A stretch of 58,010 nt of DNA, filler included, from Barthelona sp. PAP020 (Eukaryota), in assembly GCA_040182905.1 (NCBI GenBank). It is 4 parts of 4 records of this genome, joined end to end, with 100 filler letters (N's around TTAATTAATTAA, not from the genome) between each part and the next. Parts side by side here need not be neighbours in the genome. Positions count along the whole stretch, not along the records: positions 9,957 to 26,844 come from JARQWU010000014.1; positions 26,945 to 46,897 come from JARQWU010000015.1; 2 more parts are not named here. One strand, written 5' to 3'. How positions within the stretch are numbered: position 1 is the stretch's first letter; every line of letters begins with the position of its first letter. The translations under genes and the position numbers were made by a program. A model generated the notes under the pieces. That model was not told the DNA's origin and did not search any database. It saw only the letters and a list, made by a program, of their open reading frames with translations. Of this stretch, positions 21,420-31,316 are shown piece after piece.

Positions 21420-21806
21420 TTAAAGAGGGACATAACTTGGTTGATCAGCTTTGCCTCCGGACAAAAAATGCTCAACAACAAAGATGACGCCAGTCAGGAA
21501 CGGAACACCGCTAATCAACAAAAAGGTGGCTACATGGCGATATGTGTTGAAGAAAAATGTGAACGCAACGGCAATTATGATGTAGAAAATTCCAAAGTAG
21601 AGCGATCTTCTCCAAAACAAAATAAGAACCAAAATTAATACGAAGGAAGGAATCATGTGGATCAAGAAGCCAATAATTTTATCTAAAAAGGGTTCGTTTC
21701 CCGAAAAAGCATCGAGAGCGAAAATCGATATGAACAGAATGTACAGGATATTTAGGATTCGAGGAGTGTAAAATAGTACCTTGTTCTTGGTTGTTTGTTC
21801 AGACAT
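21420..21806 (-). CDS. Small 4-TM membrane protein resembling a prokaryotic uncharacterised family
   Basis: YTPRILNILYILFISIFALDAF...FLIHMIPSFVLILVLILFW follows a pattern I recognise from bacterial/archaeal hypothetical proteins (W.PRIL.I....F.SLFALD.F...F..HL.P). No intron. Confidence 0.75.
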   Translation of the reverse strand: MSEQTTKNKVLFYTPRILNILYILFISIFALDAFSGNEPFLDKIIGFLIHMIPSFVLILVLILFWRRSLYFGIFYIIIAVAFTFFFNTYRHVATFLLISGVPFLTGVIFVVEHFLSGGKADQPSYVPL

Positions 21807-21871
21807 AAACTGTATCTAGCTTTCACAAAGAAAGCAAAACTAAAGTTGGTAATGGACAAAGACAAATCTAT

Positions 21872-22576
21872 TTACATGTTGACAATGTTCATGGTGTCAA
21901 ACAGCGTTGACTGCTTTTCCTTGGATTTCTTACGGAACAAATCGTCATGGAAGCACTTTTTCAAATTTCCTGCTAGCACATCGCCGACGTTCGGTATGGC
22001 GGTAAGATTGGTGGTGTGTTCGCAAAACTCGCTGAGGCTGACCAAATCGGTGTTTTTCTCAACTAACTTGTCAATCACTCTCTTTGACAGCGAGGGACAA
22101 CCAGCGGTCAGCATTTTATTCAAGCGTTCATCAAAGGACATCCGTGGCTGACTAATGGAAGCACTACTAACGTTATTGTAGACAGAGCAAAATATGTTGG
22201 CGGATTGACGCCCATTGTCGGACATGAGAAGCTGTATCTGATTAAAAAAGCACTGCTTATTCAGATCTGATAGAATTTCTGTGTCAAGTGGATATTTGGA
22301 CTCGATTTGAAACAGCAAAATGCATCGTTCATGTGTGTACTCCTTGCGGAAATTACTAATCAGCAAAGGAAGGTAATATGCAGCGGTTTTCAGGATTTTG
22401 GAATTACAAAAGAGCAGATACAAGCTGTTCGACAATTTGTAGTGATATGTGACGTTCTGCTGCATGACAAAGCAGAAGTTGACGAGGTATCGTTGAAACC
22501 TAACGTTTCTCTGCGACGGATGGCATTTGATTGAAATTTGTGAATCGGAGTTATCTCTTTTCAAAGAATCGGACAT
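21872..22576 (-). CDS. ERCC1: DNA excision repair protein ERCC1/Rad10, divergent
   Basis: IKCHPSQRN ~ IIVSPRQRGN; Y.L....YLLF; ILLFQIE; LSDLNKQCFFNQIQLLMS ~ LKELAKMCILADCTLILA; tandem HhH (CPSLSK..., LTAIPNVGDVLAGNL). Start moved to ATG 22576 to avoid overlapping CTU1. Confidence 0.72.
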   Translation of the reverse strand: MSDSLKRDNSDSQISIKCHPSQRNVRFQRYLVNFCFVMQQNVTYHYKLSNSLYLLFCNSKILKTAAYYLPLLISNFRKEYTHERCILLFQIESKYPLDTEILSDLNKQCFFNQIQLLMSDNGRQSANIFCSVYNNVSSASISQPRMSFDERLNKMLTAGCPSLSKRVIDKLVEKNTDLVSLSEFCEHTTNLTAIPNVGDVLAGNLKKCFHDDLFRKKSKEKQSTLFDTMNIVNM

Positions 22577-22616
22577 GCTGTTTCGAAACCATAAAAACAA
22601 GAATATTTTATCATTA

Positions 22617-23525
22617 ATGAAATGCGACAAATGTCATGAACACCGTGCTGTTGTCAAGACAAATGAGGGAAACCGTTTGTGCAAGCAGTGTTTTTGCCTT
22701 GAATTTGAAGAAACAGTTTACAACACCATAACGACATCCAAGATCATATCAAATGGCGAAAAAATTGGCATAGGTATCTCCGGAGGCAAAGATTCAACTG
22801 TGCTGCTCCACGTATTAGACCATTTAAACACATTGCATAATTGGAACTTGGATATCCATTTAATTTGCATTGATGAAGGAATTGCTGGGTATCGAGATGG
22901 TTCAATCGAAACAGTACGACAAAATGCAATCGACTACAAGCATCCGCTGACAATATTATCTTTTGACGAATTGTACGGATATTCGATGGACTCGATCGTT
23001 GGCAAGTGTGGAACTTCTCAAAGTTGCACATACTGCGGTGTGTTGAGACGGCAAGCATTGGATGTTGGTGCAAAGAAATTGGGTATTCCAAAAATTGTAA
23101 CAGGTCACAACGCCGACGACATGGCTGAGACAGTGCTGTTAAATCTCTTTCGTGGTGACACTCCAAGATTGCTCAGATGCACTTCACCAATCACAGGCAC
23201 CGATTTATCCAGAGTGAAACCTTTCAAATACACATCTCAAAAAGATATAGTCCTTTATGCGCATTACAAAGAATTGTTGTACTTTGTAACAGAGTGCAGT
23301 TATTCAACAGATTCATTTAGAGGATTTCCGCGGGTTTTGTTGGCATCTTTCATGCGAAAGCAACCTCTTATTTCTCAAAATATTATCAAAGCCAATGATA
23401 TTCTTTCAGATACAGCAAAAATCACACAATTAGAAACATCCCCAAAGCCTTGTTCCATTTGCGGTTATATGACATCCGGAGACATATGCATGGGTTGTCA
23501 GCTTCTTTCTCAGCTCCAGCAGTAA
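22617..23525 (+). CDS. CTU1: Cytoplasmic tRNA 2-thiolation protein 1 (Ncs6/CTU1)
   Basis: CxxC...CxxCF, PP-loop SGGKDS, IDEGIAGYR, CTYCGVLRRQALD, TGHNADDMAETVL and a C-terminal CxxC...CxxC. Confidence 0.95.
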   Translation: MKCDKCHEHRAVVKTNEGNRLCKQCFCLEFEETVYNTITTSKIISNGEKIGIGISGGKDSTVLLHVLDHLNTLHNWNLDIHLICIDEGIAGYRDGSIETVRQNAIDYKHPLTILSFDELYGYSMDSIVGKCGTSQSCTYCGVLRRQALDVGAKKLGIPKIVTGHNADDMAETVLLNLFRGDTPRLLRCTSPITGTDLSRVKPFKYTSQKDIVLYAHYKELLYFVTECSYSTDSFRGFPRVLLASFMRKQPLISQNIIKANDILSDTAKITQLETSPKPCSICGYMTSGDICMGCQLLSQLQQ

Positions 23526-23639
23526 ACAAATCTCTTCTTCTTTTCTTTTCTTTTTTGATTTATTCGACAACTATTAAAATAAAAACAAATATAACAATAA
23601 AAAGCATATACAAGGTATTTATTTTTGTGTGAAAAAAAC

Positions 23640-24149
23640 TTACAGTGTTCCATCGAATTTAACGGGAGCAGGAAGGAGATAATCCTGTTGGAGGGATGAA
23701 GGAGGGACGTCATTTCTCTTGAACATGTCGCTGACTTCACCTATTACGACTTTGAGGTTTTCATGTTTTTCGATGCGGATTACATAAATTTCCAAAATTA
23801 CAGAAGCTTCTGCTAAAGCTGGTAATCTCATTGATGGACTTGTAAGTATTGTTGCACGGCACATTGGGTTTGGTGGGAATTTGCCTGAACCATGAGAAGA
23901 AGCAAAATACTCTGCAATTTCTGCATGATGTGATTGTAAAAAGTTCAAACAGAATTTGCCTTTTTTTGTAATGACACGTAGTGTTTCTGAATTTTCATCT
24001 AAAATAATGGAGACTATAAAAGGATTCGTTGATACAACATTGAAAGTGGAAATTGGACATCCATATGGTTCTCGCTTGGTATAAGTGGTTGCGATGCATA
24101 TTGGACTCTTCAGTAATTTCGAAATTACATAGAAGGGATCGGTTTGCAT
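23640..24149 (-). CDS. Flavin reductase-like (split-barrel FMN-binding) protein
   Basis: PICIATT...PYGCPISTFNVVSTNPFIVSIILDENSETL...KFCLNFL...IAEYFA...LPAL...VVIGEV. Start placed at MQTDPF (24149). Confidence 0.8.
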   Translation of the reverse strand: MQTDPFYVISKLLKSPICIATTYTKREPYGCPISTFNVVSTNPFIVSIILDENSETLRVITKKGKFCLNFLQSHHAEIAEYFASSHGSGKFPPNPMCRATILTSPSMRLPALAEASVILEIYVIRIEKHENLKVVIGEVSDMFKRNDVPPSSLQQDYLLPAPVKFDGTL

Positions 24150-24202
24150 TAAAAAAAGTGTTTCTTTTTTTCCTTTTATGGGTTGAATTGTGAGCTTGTA
24201 CA

Positions 24203-25435
24203 ATGCCATTTCGAATCTTTTCTGATGTAATACGATTTTTTCAAACAAATGAATCAGATGAAATAGTTCTATTCACATCTGAATCGAATGATTATTTAAA
24301 AGATGCAATAAATGAATTGGATGAAACTACGTTATTGAATTTTAAACTGGCATATTCGAACTTGAAAAATATTTCTGTCGAGATATTTGACAAGTTCAAA
24401 ACTGCATTATTCAATTTGGATGAGGATTCAGTTCAAATGTACAATGATCTATGTATTAAAATGTTAGAGATGTCTACATTACCGCCGTATCAGTACTTGG
24501 ATGGATCTTTTATCGAACCTGATGTTGACCCTGTGAATAAGGTTGACGTTGTTCAAATAATTAAACCACATGTTTATCTTTTGGATAATATAAAGCCATT
24601 GGTCACGCAAAAAGTGACTATTGTTCTGGAAAATCCCTGCGATTTGCAAATAAGGTTTGGCATACCAAACGTTCAGATTAACACGTTAACCATTCAGTCA
24701 AACATCCAGCTGTGTGAGTTAGAACCTCACTCTACATTAGAAATCACGTTGGAAGTTGTTTCAATGATTCCTGGAAATCAGAAGTATCTTCTTCCGATAC
24801 CCATTGAATTAGTGGGTAAGAAAAGACCGATCGTTGGGCTTCCCATTTTTTTAGCCTTCAATATCAACACTCAGTCAGCTGTTTTCGGTCTTCCGTTGTC
24901 AGTATTGCCCATTAATGAAGAATGTGGTTTACCTGAAATATGTGTGTTGCTGAAGGAGTTATTTTACAATTCTGGTTGTCAAATAACAAAAGGCACATTC
25001 CGAGTTCAAGCGAATTCAGATGAACTCAAATCTATAATGAACAGCATTGACCAAAACGATATTCCTGCAGGTTGCTCTCCGCATGTGAGCGCCATGCTGA
25101 TTAATCAATTTTTGTCAAGGTTGCCGGATGATTTGATAGAAAATATTGCAATGCGGTCTTTGGCAGACGTTGAGTTTGAGTTGGCAAAATTATCGAAGCA
25201 AAAACAAGAAATTTTGTGGTGGCTTGCAAGGATTCTTGGAGATGTTGCATTCAATATCGAAAATACGTTGATGTCTTCAAAAAACCTGGCCACAATAGTT
25301 GCGCCAGTTTTAATAAGGGAAAAGAATAGCACAAAGATATTACAGGCCAGCCACAGATCTACAGCCATCGTTTATTGGATGACTGAATATGTATTAAGAA
25401 ATGAGTTAGGCTTTCAGGTGGAAGAAAATGTATAA
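24203..25435 (+). CDS. RhoGAP-domain protein
   Basis: VFGLPL, GTFRVQAN (arginine finger), QFLSRLPDDL and NTLMSSKNLATIVAPVL, preceded by an Ig-like beta segment. Confidence 0.88.
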   Translation: MPFRIFSDVIRFFQTNESDEIVLFTSESNDYLKDAINELDETTLLNFKLAYSNLKNISVEIFDKFKTALFNLDEDSVQMYNDLCIKMLEMSTLPPYQYLDGSFIEPDVDPVNKVDVVQIIKPHVYLLDNIKPLVTQKVTIVLENPCDLQIRFGIPNVQINTLTIQSNIQLCELEPHSTLEITLEVVSMIPGNQKYLLPIPIELVGKKRPIVGLPIFLAFNINTQSAVFGLPLSVLPINEECGLPEICVLLKELFYNSGCQITKGTFRVQANSDELKSIMNSIDQNDIPAGCSPHVSAMLINQFLSRLPDDLIENIAMRSLADVEFELAKLSKQKQEILWWLARILGDVAFNIENTLMSSKNLATIVAPVLIREKNSTKILQASHRSTAIVYWMTEYVLRNELGFQVEENV

Positions 25436-25477
25436 ATAGCTTTATTTTTATTTTATCATTTGTATAGTGTATTGTTG

Positions 25478-26824
25478 ATGAGCGACCATGATATTGCGAA
25501 AAAATATCTGTCTTTGAGTCAGATGTCCATGTTGGGCGGAGAAAAGAGAAAGAAGAAGACGGACAAAAGTGCGAATTTGAAAAAGTCCAAAAAACACACA
25601 AAAAAACACAAGCGAAATAGCCCTGTGAAAACTGAAAAAGGCAATGATATACCAAGGATATCTGTAGAAGAGAAGAATGGAAAATCGCCAATCATTTTTG
25701 AAGAAATCCAAAAAACAATTTCAAATGTCAATTCAATGGCCATGGATTTGTCGAACAAGACAATAAAGCTGTTTGAAGATGTGTATGTGGACATACAGAA
25801 CAAAAATACGGAGCCGTCGAATCACAATTTGCTCGAAATTTTTGAGGTCATATTTCAAAACATCGACACATTGCACAAGAATTATGAGACAGCGGATAGA
25901 AGGATGAGTGAAATCGTGGAGAAGAATGAACAGAATTTCAAGCTGTTTGAAAAGAAAACTAACCAAACAATAGATACAATCAACGATCAGACACATCGTT
26001 TGGAAGATGTAATACAAGCACAGACGTATTTCTTGTCAATCCAAAAAGAAAGTAAAGAGAGGTTGGATAATGTTGAGAGAATGGTTTCAACAAACAAACA
26101 ACTTATTAAAGAACTGAATGGAAACGATGAAATTATTCAAGAGCTTCTTGATGAACAAAAACAAACAGTCAACAACACAAATCAATTTTTACACAAAATC
26201 GAGAGCATCAGCACGCGCCTGGATCAAATGGACACATCTATTGATGCAGTTAGAAAAAGCATCAAGACGTTGAAGAAAGGAGAGAAGACGCAGTTAAATT
26301 TCGTCAATGCTGAAAACTTCGATGAATTTCAAAACACAGTTCAGAACAACTACACACACAGGGAACAATTCGATGATTTTGTAGAAAATCAACGGGCATC
26401 AACAAAGAGCATTCTGGAAGAACTGGAAAACATTTGTCAGAAAATTGATGAATTTCCAGTCGTGATCGATGAAAAAATTGCAAACACTGTTCCGTTGTTG
26501 GTTCGTGAGGATATTGCTTCTCATTTTGCAACCCAAAAAATTATGTCGAAGAGAGAGGCCTCAGTTCAAAGAACAAACACTGCAATCGAAAACCTTGAAG
26601 CAAGTTTGCACTCCCCTCAATTTTCCTCGTCTCCGTATCGTGGGCAATTTCCAGTTCCAATGAGCTATGTATCTCCCATTGTCGATGTTCGGCAATCCCC
26701 AGACCTCACCACAAGGAAATTCGACGACACCTTCAACAATTTGCAGGCAATGAATGAAACTGACACTCTTGAGGAAAAACTCTTCCAAATAAGACAGAGT
26801 CTCAAACAGCTCGACAATAAATGA
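25478..26824 (+). CDS. Coiled-coil protein with basic N-terminus, unknown function
   Basis: ~448-aa ORF from ATG 25478, with a heptad-rich E/Q/K/N composition and a lysine cluster near the N-terminus. Confidence 0.75.
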   Translation: MSDHDIAKKYLSLSQMSMLGGEKRKKKTDKSANLKKSKKHTKKHKRNSPVKTEKGNDIPRISVEEKNGKSPIIFEEIQKTISNVNSMAMDLSNKTIKLFEDVYVDIQNKNTEPSNHNLLEIFEVIFQNIDTLHKNYETADRRMSEIVEKNEQNFKLFEKKTNQTIDTINDQTHRLEDVIQAQTYFLSIQKESKERLDNVERMVSTNKQLIKELNGNDEIIQELLDEQKQTVNNTNQFLHKIESISTRLDQMDTSIDAVRKSIKTLKKGEKTQLNFVNAENFDEFQNTVQNNYTHREQFDDFVENQRASTKSILEELENICQKIDEFPVVIDEKIANTVPLLVREDIASHFATQKIMSKREASVQRTNTAIENLEASLHSPQFSSSPYRGQFPVPMSYVSPIVDVRQSPDLTTRKFDDTFNNLQAMNETDTLEEKLFQIRQSLKQLDNK

Positions 26825-26844
26825 AAATGTGTTTTATTTTTAAT

Positions 26845-26944
26845 NNNNNNNNNNNNNNNNNNNNNNNNNNNNNNNNNNNNNNNNNNNNTTAATTAATTAA
26901 NNNNNNNNNNNNNNNNNNNNNNNNNNNNNNNNNNNNNNNNNNNN
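26845..26944. other. Artificial contig-join linker
   Basis: N44-TTAATTAATTAA-N44. Confidence 0.95.
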
Positions 26945-28317
26945 TTCTGAATTATCTCTTCGACTATTGCATCTATTTTCAATTTAGCTTCTTCAACTGA
27001 ATTTGCTTTTGATTCACCATACCATTTTAATTTTGGTTCTGTTCCACTTGTTCTAAGAGTAAATTGGGAATCATTTTCAAATATAAACGTCAAGAATGGG
27101 GATGAACTGAGAGGGAACGTTGGTTTATTGTCTGTAGTGTCAGAATCATAAGGAGTATCAATATGTAAATCACGAACATAAATAACTTGTTGTCCATTCA
27201 CTTCTTTTGGGTATCTTCCAATATCTTCATAAACTTGTAAGATTTTTTCTTTGTCATCAGTCAATACATACCCATCGTTAGACTTAAAATATCCATATTT
27301 AGCATAAAGTGAATCAACATATTGTCCAAGGGTCAGTCCATCTTCATAAACATTTTGCACAATTTCTCTGAATAACAAGGAAGCAATAATACCATCCTTA
27401 TCATAAGAAGGAGGACCCATAGCAAAACCAATAGCTTGTTCATAACACATCAAAACATCAATTCCTTGTTCGACCAATTCATTAGCTTTGTTGGCCATCC
27501 ATTTGAAACCAACAAGGGTTTCAACAAATTGACAACCTTCTGCTTGCGAAAAATACTTGAGAAATCTAGAAGACACAACAGTTGTAACGAAAGCTGCTTG
27601 ATCTCTTGTTTTGTCAGGATTCATTTTGACCCACTTTTCCAATAAGAAAGGAGCAAATATAGCTGCAATTTCATTTCCACTGAATATCTTCCATTCCCCA
27701 TTTGTTTGTTTTTCAGCAAAAATAAATCTGTCTGCATCTGGATCATTTGCAACAACAATCTTCACATTATTCTTTTCAGCAGTTTCAATAGCTAATTTCA
27801 AAGCACCTTCACCCTCTTCAGGATTAGGGAACTTTACCGTGGGGAATTCAGGATCTGGTTGAACTTGTAATTCAGTTGGTATAACATCTGGAAAACCCCA
27901 ATATTCATGAATATCCTTGATAAACCTGTATCCAACACCATGCATAGCTGTATAAACAATGGGCACGTTGACCTTTTCTCTTTCTTCAGCAGTGAAAGAA
28001 CTATGACCAAGCATTTTAATTTTATACAATTCAAAAACATCACTAAAAATCTTAAAACATAAATGGTGATTCAGGACCTTTTCAAGGGAAATATTTGTTT
28101 CGAACAATTCAAGATTTTTCAGAATGCTTGCTTGAATATTTTTATCATGAGGAGAGATAATTAAAGCAGCATTATCCCAATATAATTTGTAACCATTATC
28201 ATCTTTGGGATTATGAGAAGCAGTGATCATGATACCACATGCAGCTTTATATTGTGAAACAGCAAAAGGAACAAAAGGTGTGGGACAATATTCTTCAATT
28301 AAAAACACTCTACCACC
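26945..28317 (-). CDS. PGM2: Phosphoglucomutase-2/phosphopentomutase (PGM2 family), truncated at both ends by gaps
   Basis: GIMITASHNPKDDNGYK, YTAMHGVG, FPNPEEG, NDPDADR, DKDG and RTSGTEPKLKWY. Confidence 0.93.
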
Positions 28318-28684
28318 NNNNNNNNNNNNNNNNNNNNNNNNNNNNNNNNNNNNNNNNNNNNNNNNNNNNNNNNNNNNNNNNNNNNNNNNNNNNNNNNNNN
28401 NNNNNNNNNNNNNNNNNNNNNNNNNNNNNNNNNNNNNNNNNNNNNNNNNNNNNNNNNNNNNNNNNNNNNNNNNNNNNNNNNNNNNNNNNNNNNNNNNNNN
28501 NNNNNNNNNNNNNNNNNNNNNNNNNNNNNNNNNNNNNNNNNNNNNNNNNNNNNNNNNNNNNNNNNNNNNNNNNNNNNNNNNNNNNNNNNNNNNNNNNNNN
28601 NNNNNNNNNNNNNNNNNNNNNNNNNNNNNNNNNNNNNNNNNNNNNNNNNNNNNNNNNNNNNNNNNNNNNNNNNNNNNNNNNNNN

Positions 28685-28835
28685 GTTTCACAACTGGACC
28701 AAAATTTTCATTCTTGATGACCAAGATTCAATTGCAGCCACTCATTTTCTGTGGCTGAGATTTAATGAAATGAGTTTTCTGAGTTTACTTTTTTTGCAAA
28801 TATAAAAATATTTGTTTCACAACTGAACCAATAGA
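28685..28835. repeat. Repeat family B abutting a 367-N gap; homologous (inverted) to 57884-57992
   Basis: GTTTCACAACTG(G/A)ACCAA at 28685 and 28814 (129-nt spacing). AATGAGTTTTCTGAGTTTACTTT is the exact reverse complement of a stretch near the window end. Confidence 0.85.
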
Positions 28836-29246
28836 TATTAACCAAGGGAAAAATTAGAAACTGTTTTTTGATATTCTGACTGTCAGTTAAAATACAGGGT
28901 TTTTAATGATATTGAAATAATTTTATTTTGTTTATTCATATGCGTGGTGTTTCTTATGGTCATAACTGCAAATTTTTGGAAATTCAAATGTTCACACAAA
29001 CTTCTTGGAAAAAAATACCAAACTGAAAACATTTTTTAAAGAATTCCAATGTCTGCAAAAATTTATATCAAATCTTTACAAATTTGAAAAAGTTTTGTTG
29101 TAAACTGATTGTTCTTGACCATATTTGTCACAAACAGAGATTCAGTTTGATTACCACCAGCAGAACAAAAATCAAATCGAACTTGTAATGAAAAATGTGG
29201 GGAAATGAATAAAAAAAATGTGAAAACAGATTCCTTTATTTTTTTG

Positions 29247-30113
29247 ATGAATCAACAGACAGATCCATCTTTAATGCTTTTATTGGAGCCATCACTAAAA
29301 TTGAAAAATGCCGTTGAATTGTTATTAAATGGATCAACTCGATTAGAAGGATTGAAAGAAATTGCCTCAACCAATTGGACACCAATTGAAATTGAACAAA
29401 TATTTTATACAAAAGGTGTTTGGACTATTATCACTCAAGAAATATTGGCAGAATATCCAAATTTTATTTATCCAAATTACATTGTTCCAAAACGTGTCCT
29501 TTGGATTATTTCTTTTTTCAGACATTTTATAAGAATTCCTCAATTCATTAAAACTCGTGTGTATGTATTAATTTTCCCAATTTTAATTAATATTAATTTG
29601 GACCACACTGATAACATCTATTTTGCCCATAGATCAATTCAACTGATTACTCATTTGATGAAGGATGGTAATTGGGAGGATGTGTCTCATCGTGATCTTT
29701 CTAAGGCTTTATTTAAAATGTTTTCCACAATATGTTCCAATCAGCTGCCCGATTTGCCTTCTTTGTGGTTTCCTATCTTATGTTCAACATTGAATGCTTT
29801 GACTTTATGGATCGGAAAAGAAAAATCTACTTTGATTCACAATCCTACTCTGGTTAGGTCTTTGCATAATTCGCTCATTTTATTATTGGAAAAAGCAATT
29901 GAAGAACCAAATCAACCCTTGTTATTCAGACACACTTATTCTTTTTGGTTTCTTCTCGCTTCTATACCAGAAATTTTTGATCAAGTTGCGATATTTCCAG
30001 ATTTCATATCTGATGAAGCTTTGGCATCATCAACTGATAATTTTCCCCTTGAAAATATTCGTTCATTTAAACATGGAATTCTGCATGCTACGGAACAAAT
30101 TCAAAACAAATGA
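29247..30113 (+). CDS. CNOT9/Rcd1(Caf40)-like armadillo-repeat protein, highly divergent
   Basis: LLNGSTRLEGLKEIA...GVWTIITQEILAEYP...RV...FIKTRVYVLIFPIL parallels Rcd1 L.NPETRENALLELS...GTIAALLQEIVNIYP...RV...FL.AHIPLFLYPFL. Confidence 0.6.
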   Translation: MNQQTDPSLMLLLEPSLKLKNAVELLLNGSTRLEGLKEIASTNWTPIEIEQIFYTKGVWTIITQEILAEYPNFIYPNYIVPKRVLWIISFFRHFIRIPQFIKTRVYVLIFPILININLDHTDNIYFAHRSIQLITHLMKDGNWEDVSHRDLSKALFKMFSTICSNQLPDLPSLWFPILCSTLNALTLWIGKEKSTLIHNPTLVRSLHNSLILLLEKAIEEPNQPLLFRHTYSFWFLLASIPEIFDQVAIFPDFISDEALASSTDNFPLENIRSFKHGILHATEQIQNK

Positions 30114-30285
30114 AATATTTCAGTTTAAAATTGTACTTGTAAAATTTAGTCTTCGTTTTTATTTGTTAAAATCGTTTGAAGAAGTTTGGAATGTAATATT
30201 TATTTTTATGATTAATAAAAACATGAAACAAAGACTAAAATCAATTTACAGAAGATATTTACCATCAAAACAAAACAAAAAAAAA

Positions 30286-31159
30286 TCATTTTTTCTGAAG
30301 AAATTCCTCCACTGTGTGTTGTTTTTTAAAATTAACACCTGCTGCACTTAATCTCTTCTTTAACGTAATGCGAGTAACACCAATAGCTTCTGCAATTTCA
30401 TCAATATTGCTACCATTACTTAACATTTCTTTAACTAACCCCCAGTCAATACCTTTCACAGGTCTTCCTCTACCGCGTGCTTGCAAAAGTTTTGGTGGCA
30501 TTTTAAGTGGCTCATCAATAGTATGTCGTACTTTTCTTTCAATAGGAAGGGAAACAGCAGAAGATGACGCGGTAAAACCATTAAAAATATCTTTTGAGTA
30601 AAAAAATAAATGTTTTAAATCTCTTTTGGTATCAGGTAAATATTGTGGGAGTCTAACATACAATTTTTGCAGTTTCGGTATCAAATCCAATTTAATTCCA
30701 AAACTAACTTGTGATCTATCGAATTCGTCAACAGAGAGAATAGTGTTAGCAACATTATTCAAATTGACTACAATATAATCATTGATATTATTGGTAAAAC
30801 AGCATTTAATCCCAAATTTTGTCGTAATTTCCACTTCATCTCCTCCAACATGAACTAAATACCGTTTGGGTAAATCAACAATGCCAAGAATTTTTGCAAC
30901 TTCAAATGAATTCTTCCAAAACAATTTAACATACAAACCCTTCACTAGTTGCCCAATATTATCAACGTATCTGAACGTTAAAAACATTTCTCGACTAATT
31001 ACGCACCATTTGGCTTCTTCAAATGACATTTCATGGATAGTATTTGCTTTCTAAAAATTAGTAAAGTTATCAATAGAACACTCAAACAATGTAGTTATTT
31101 GGTACAAAAATGTTTAAATTAGGAAGAAAAATACAATTTTCGGTGTGTTTCTCTTCCAT
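30286..31159 (-). CDS. Plus3-domain protein with C-terminal GRP + helix-turn-helix; intron 31051-31087
   Basis: ISRE.F......LVKGLYVKL...FEVAKILGI....KRYLV...NLNNVAN...DEF fits Plus3. The C-terminus is GRGRPVKGIDWGLVKEMLSNGSNIDEIAEAIGVTRITLKKRL. The upstream exon MEEKHT... joins in frame via a 37-nt GTTTGA...ACTAATTTTTAG intron. Confidence 0.72.
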
Positions 31160-31316
31160 TAAAATATATGTTGAAAGAAATAATTTTTGTTGTCACTCTT
31201 TCCCTTTTATCAAATGTATGGGGTTTTATCAAATGAAATGGAGCAATATAATATTTATCAAAGAAAATTAACAAGTAAATAAAATTGAATTTTGAATTTT
31301 TTCTGTTTAATACAAG

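Noticed and set aside
28223..28805. ORFs spanning the 367-N gap
   Set aside because: Open only because of Ns.
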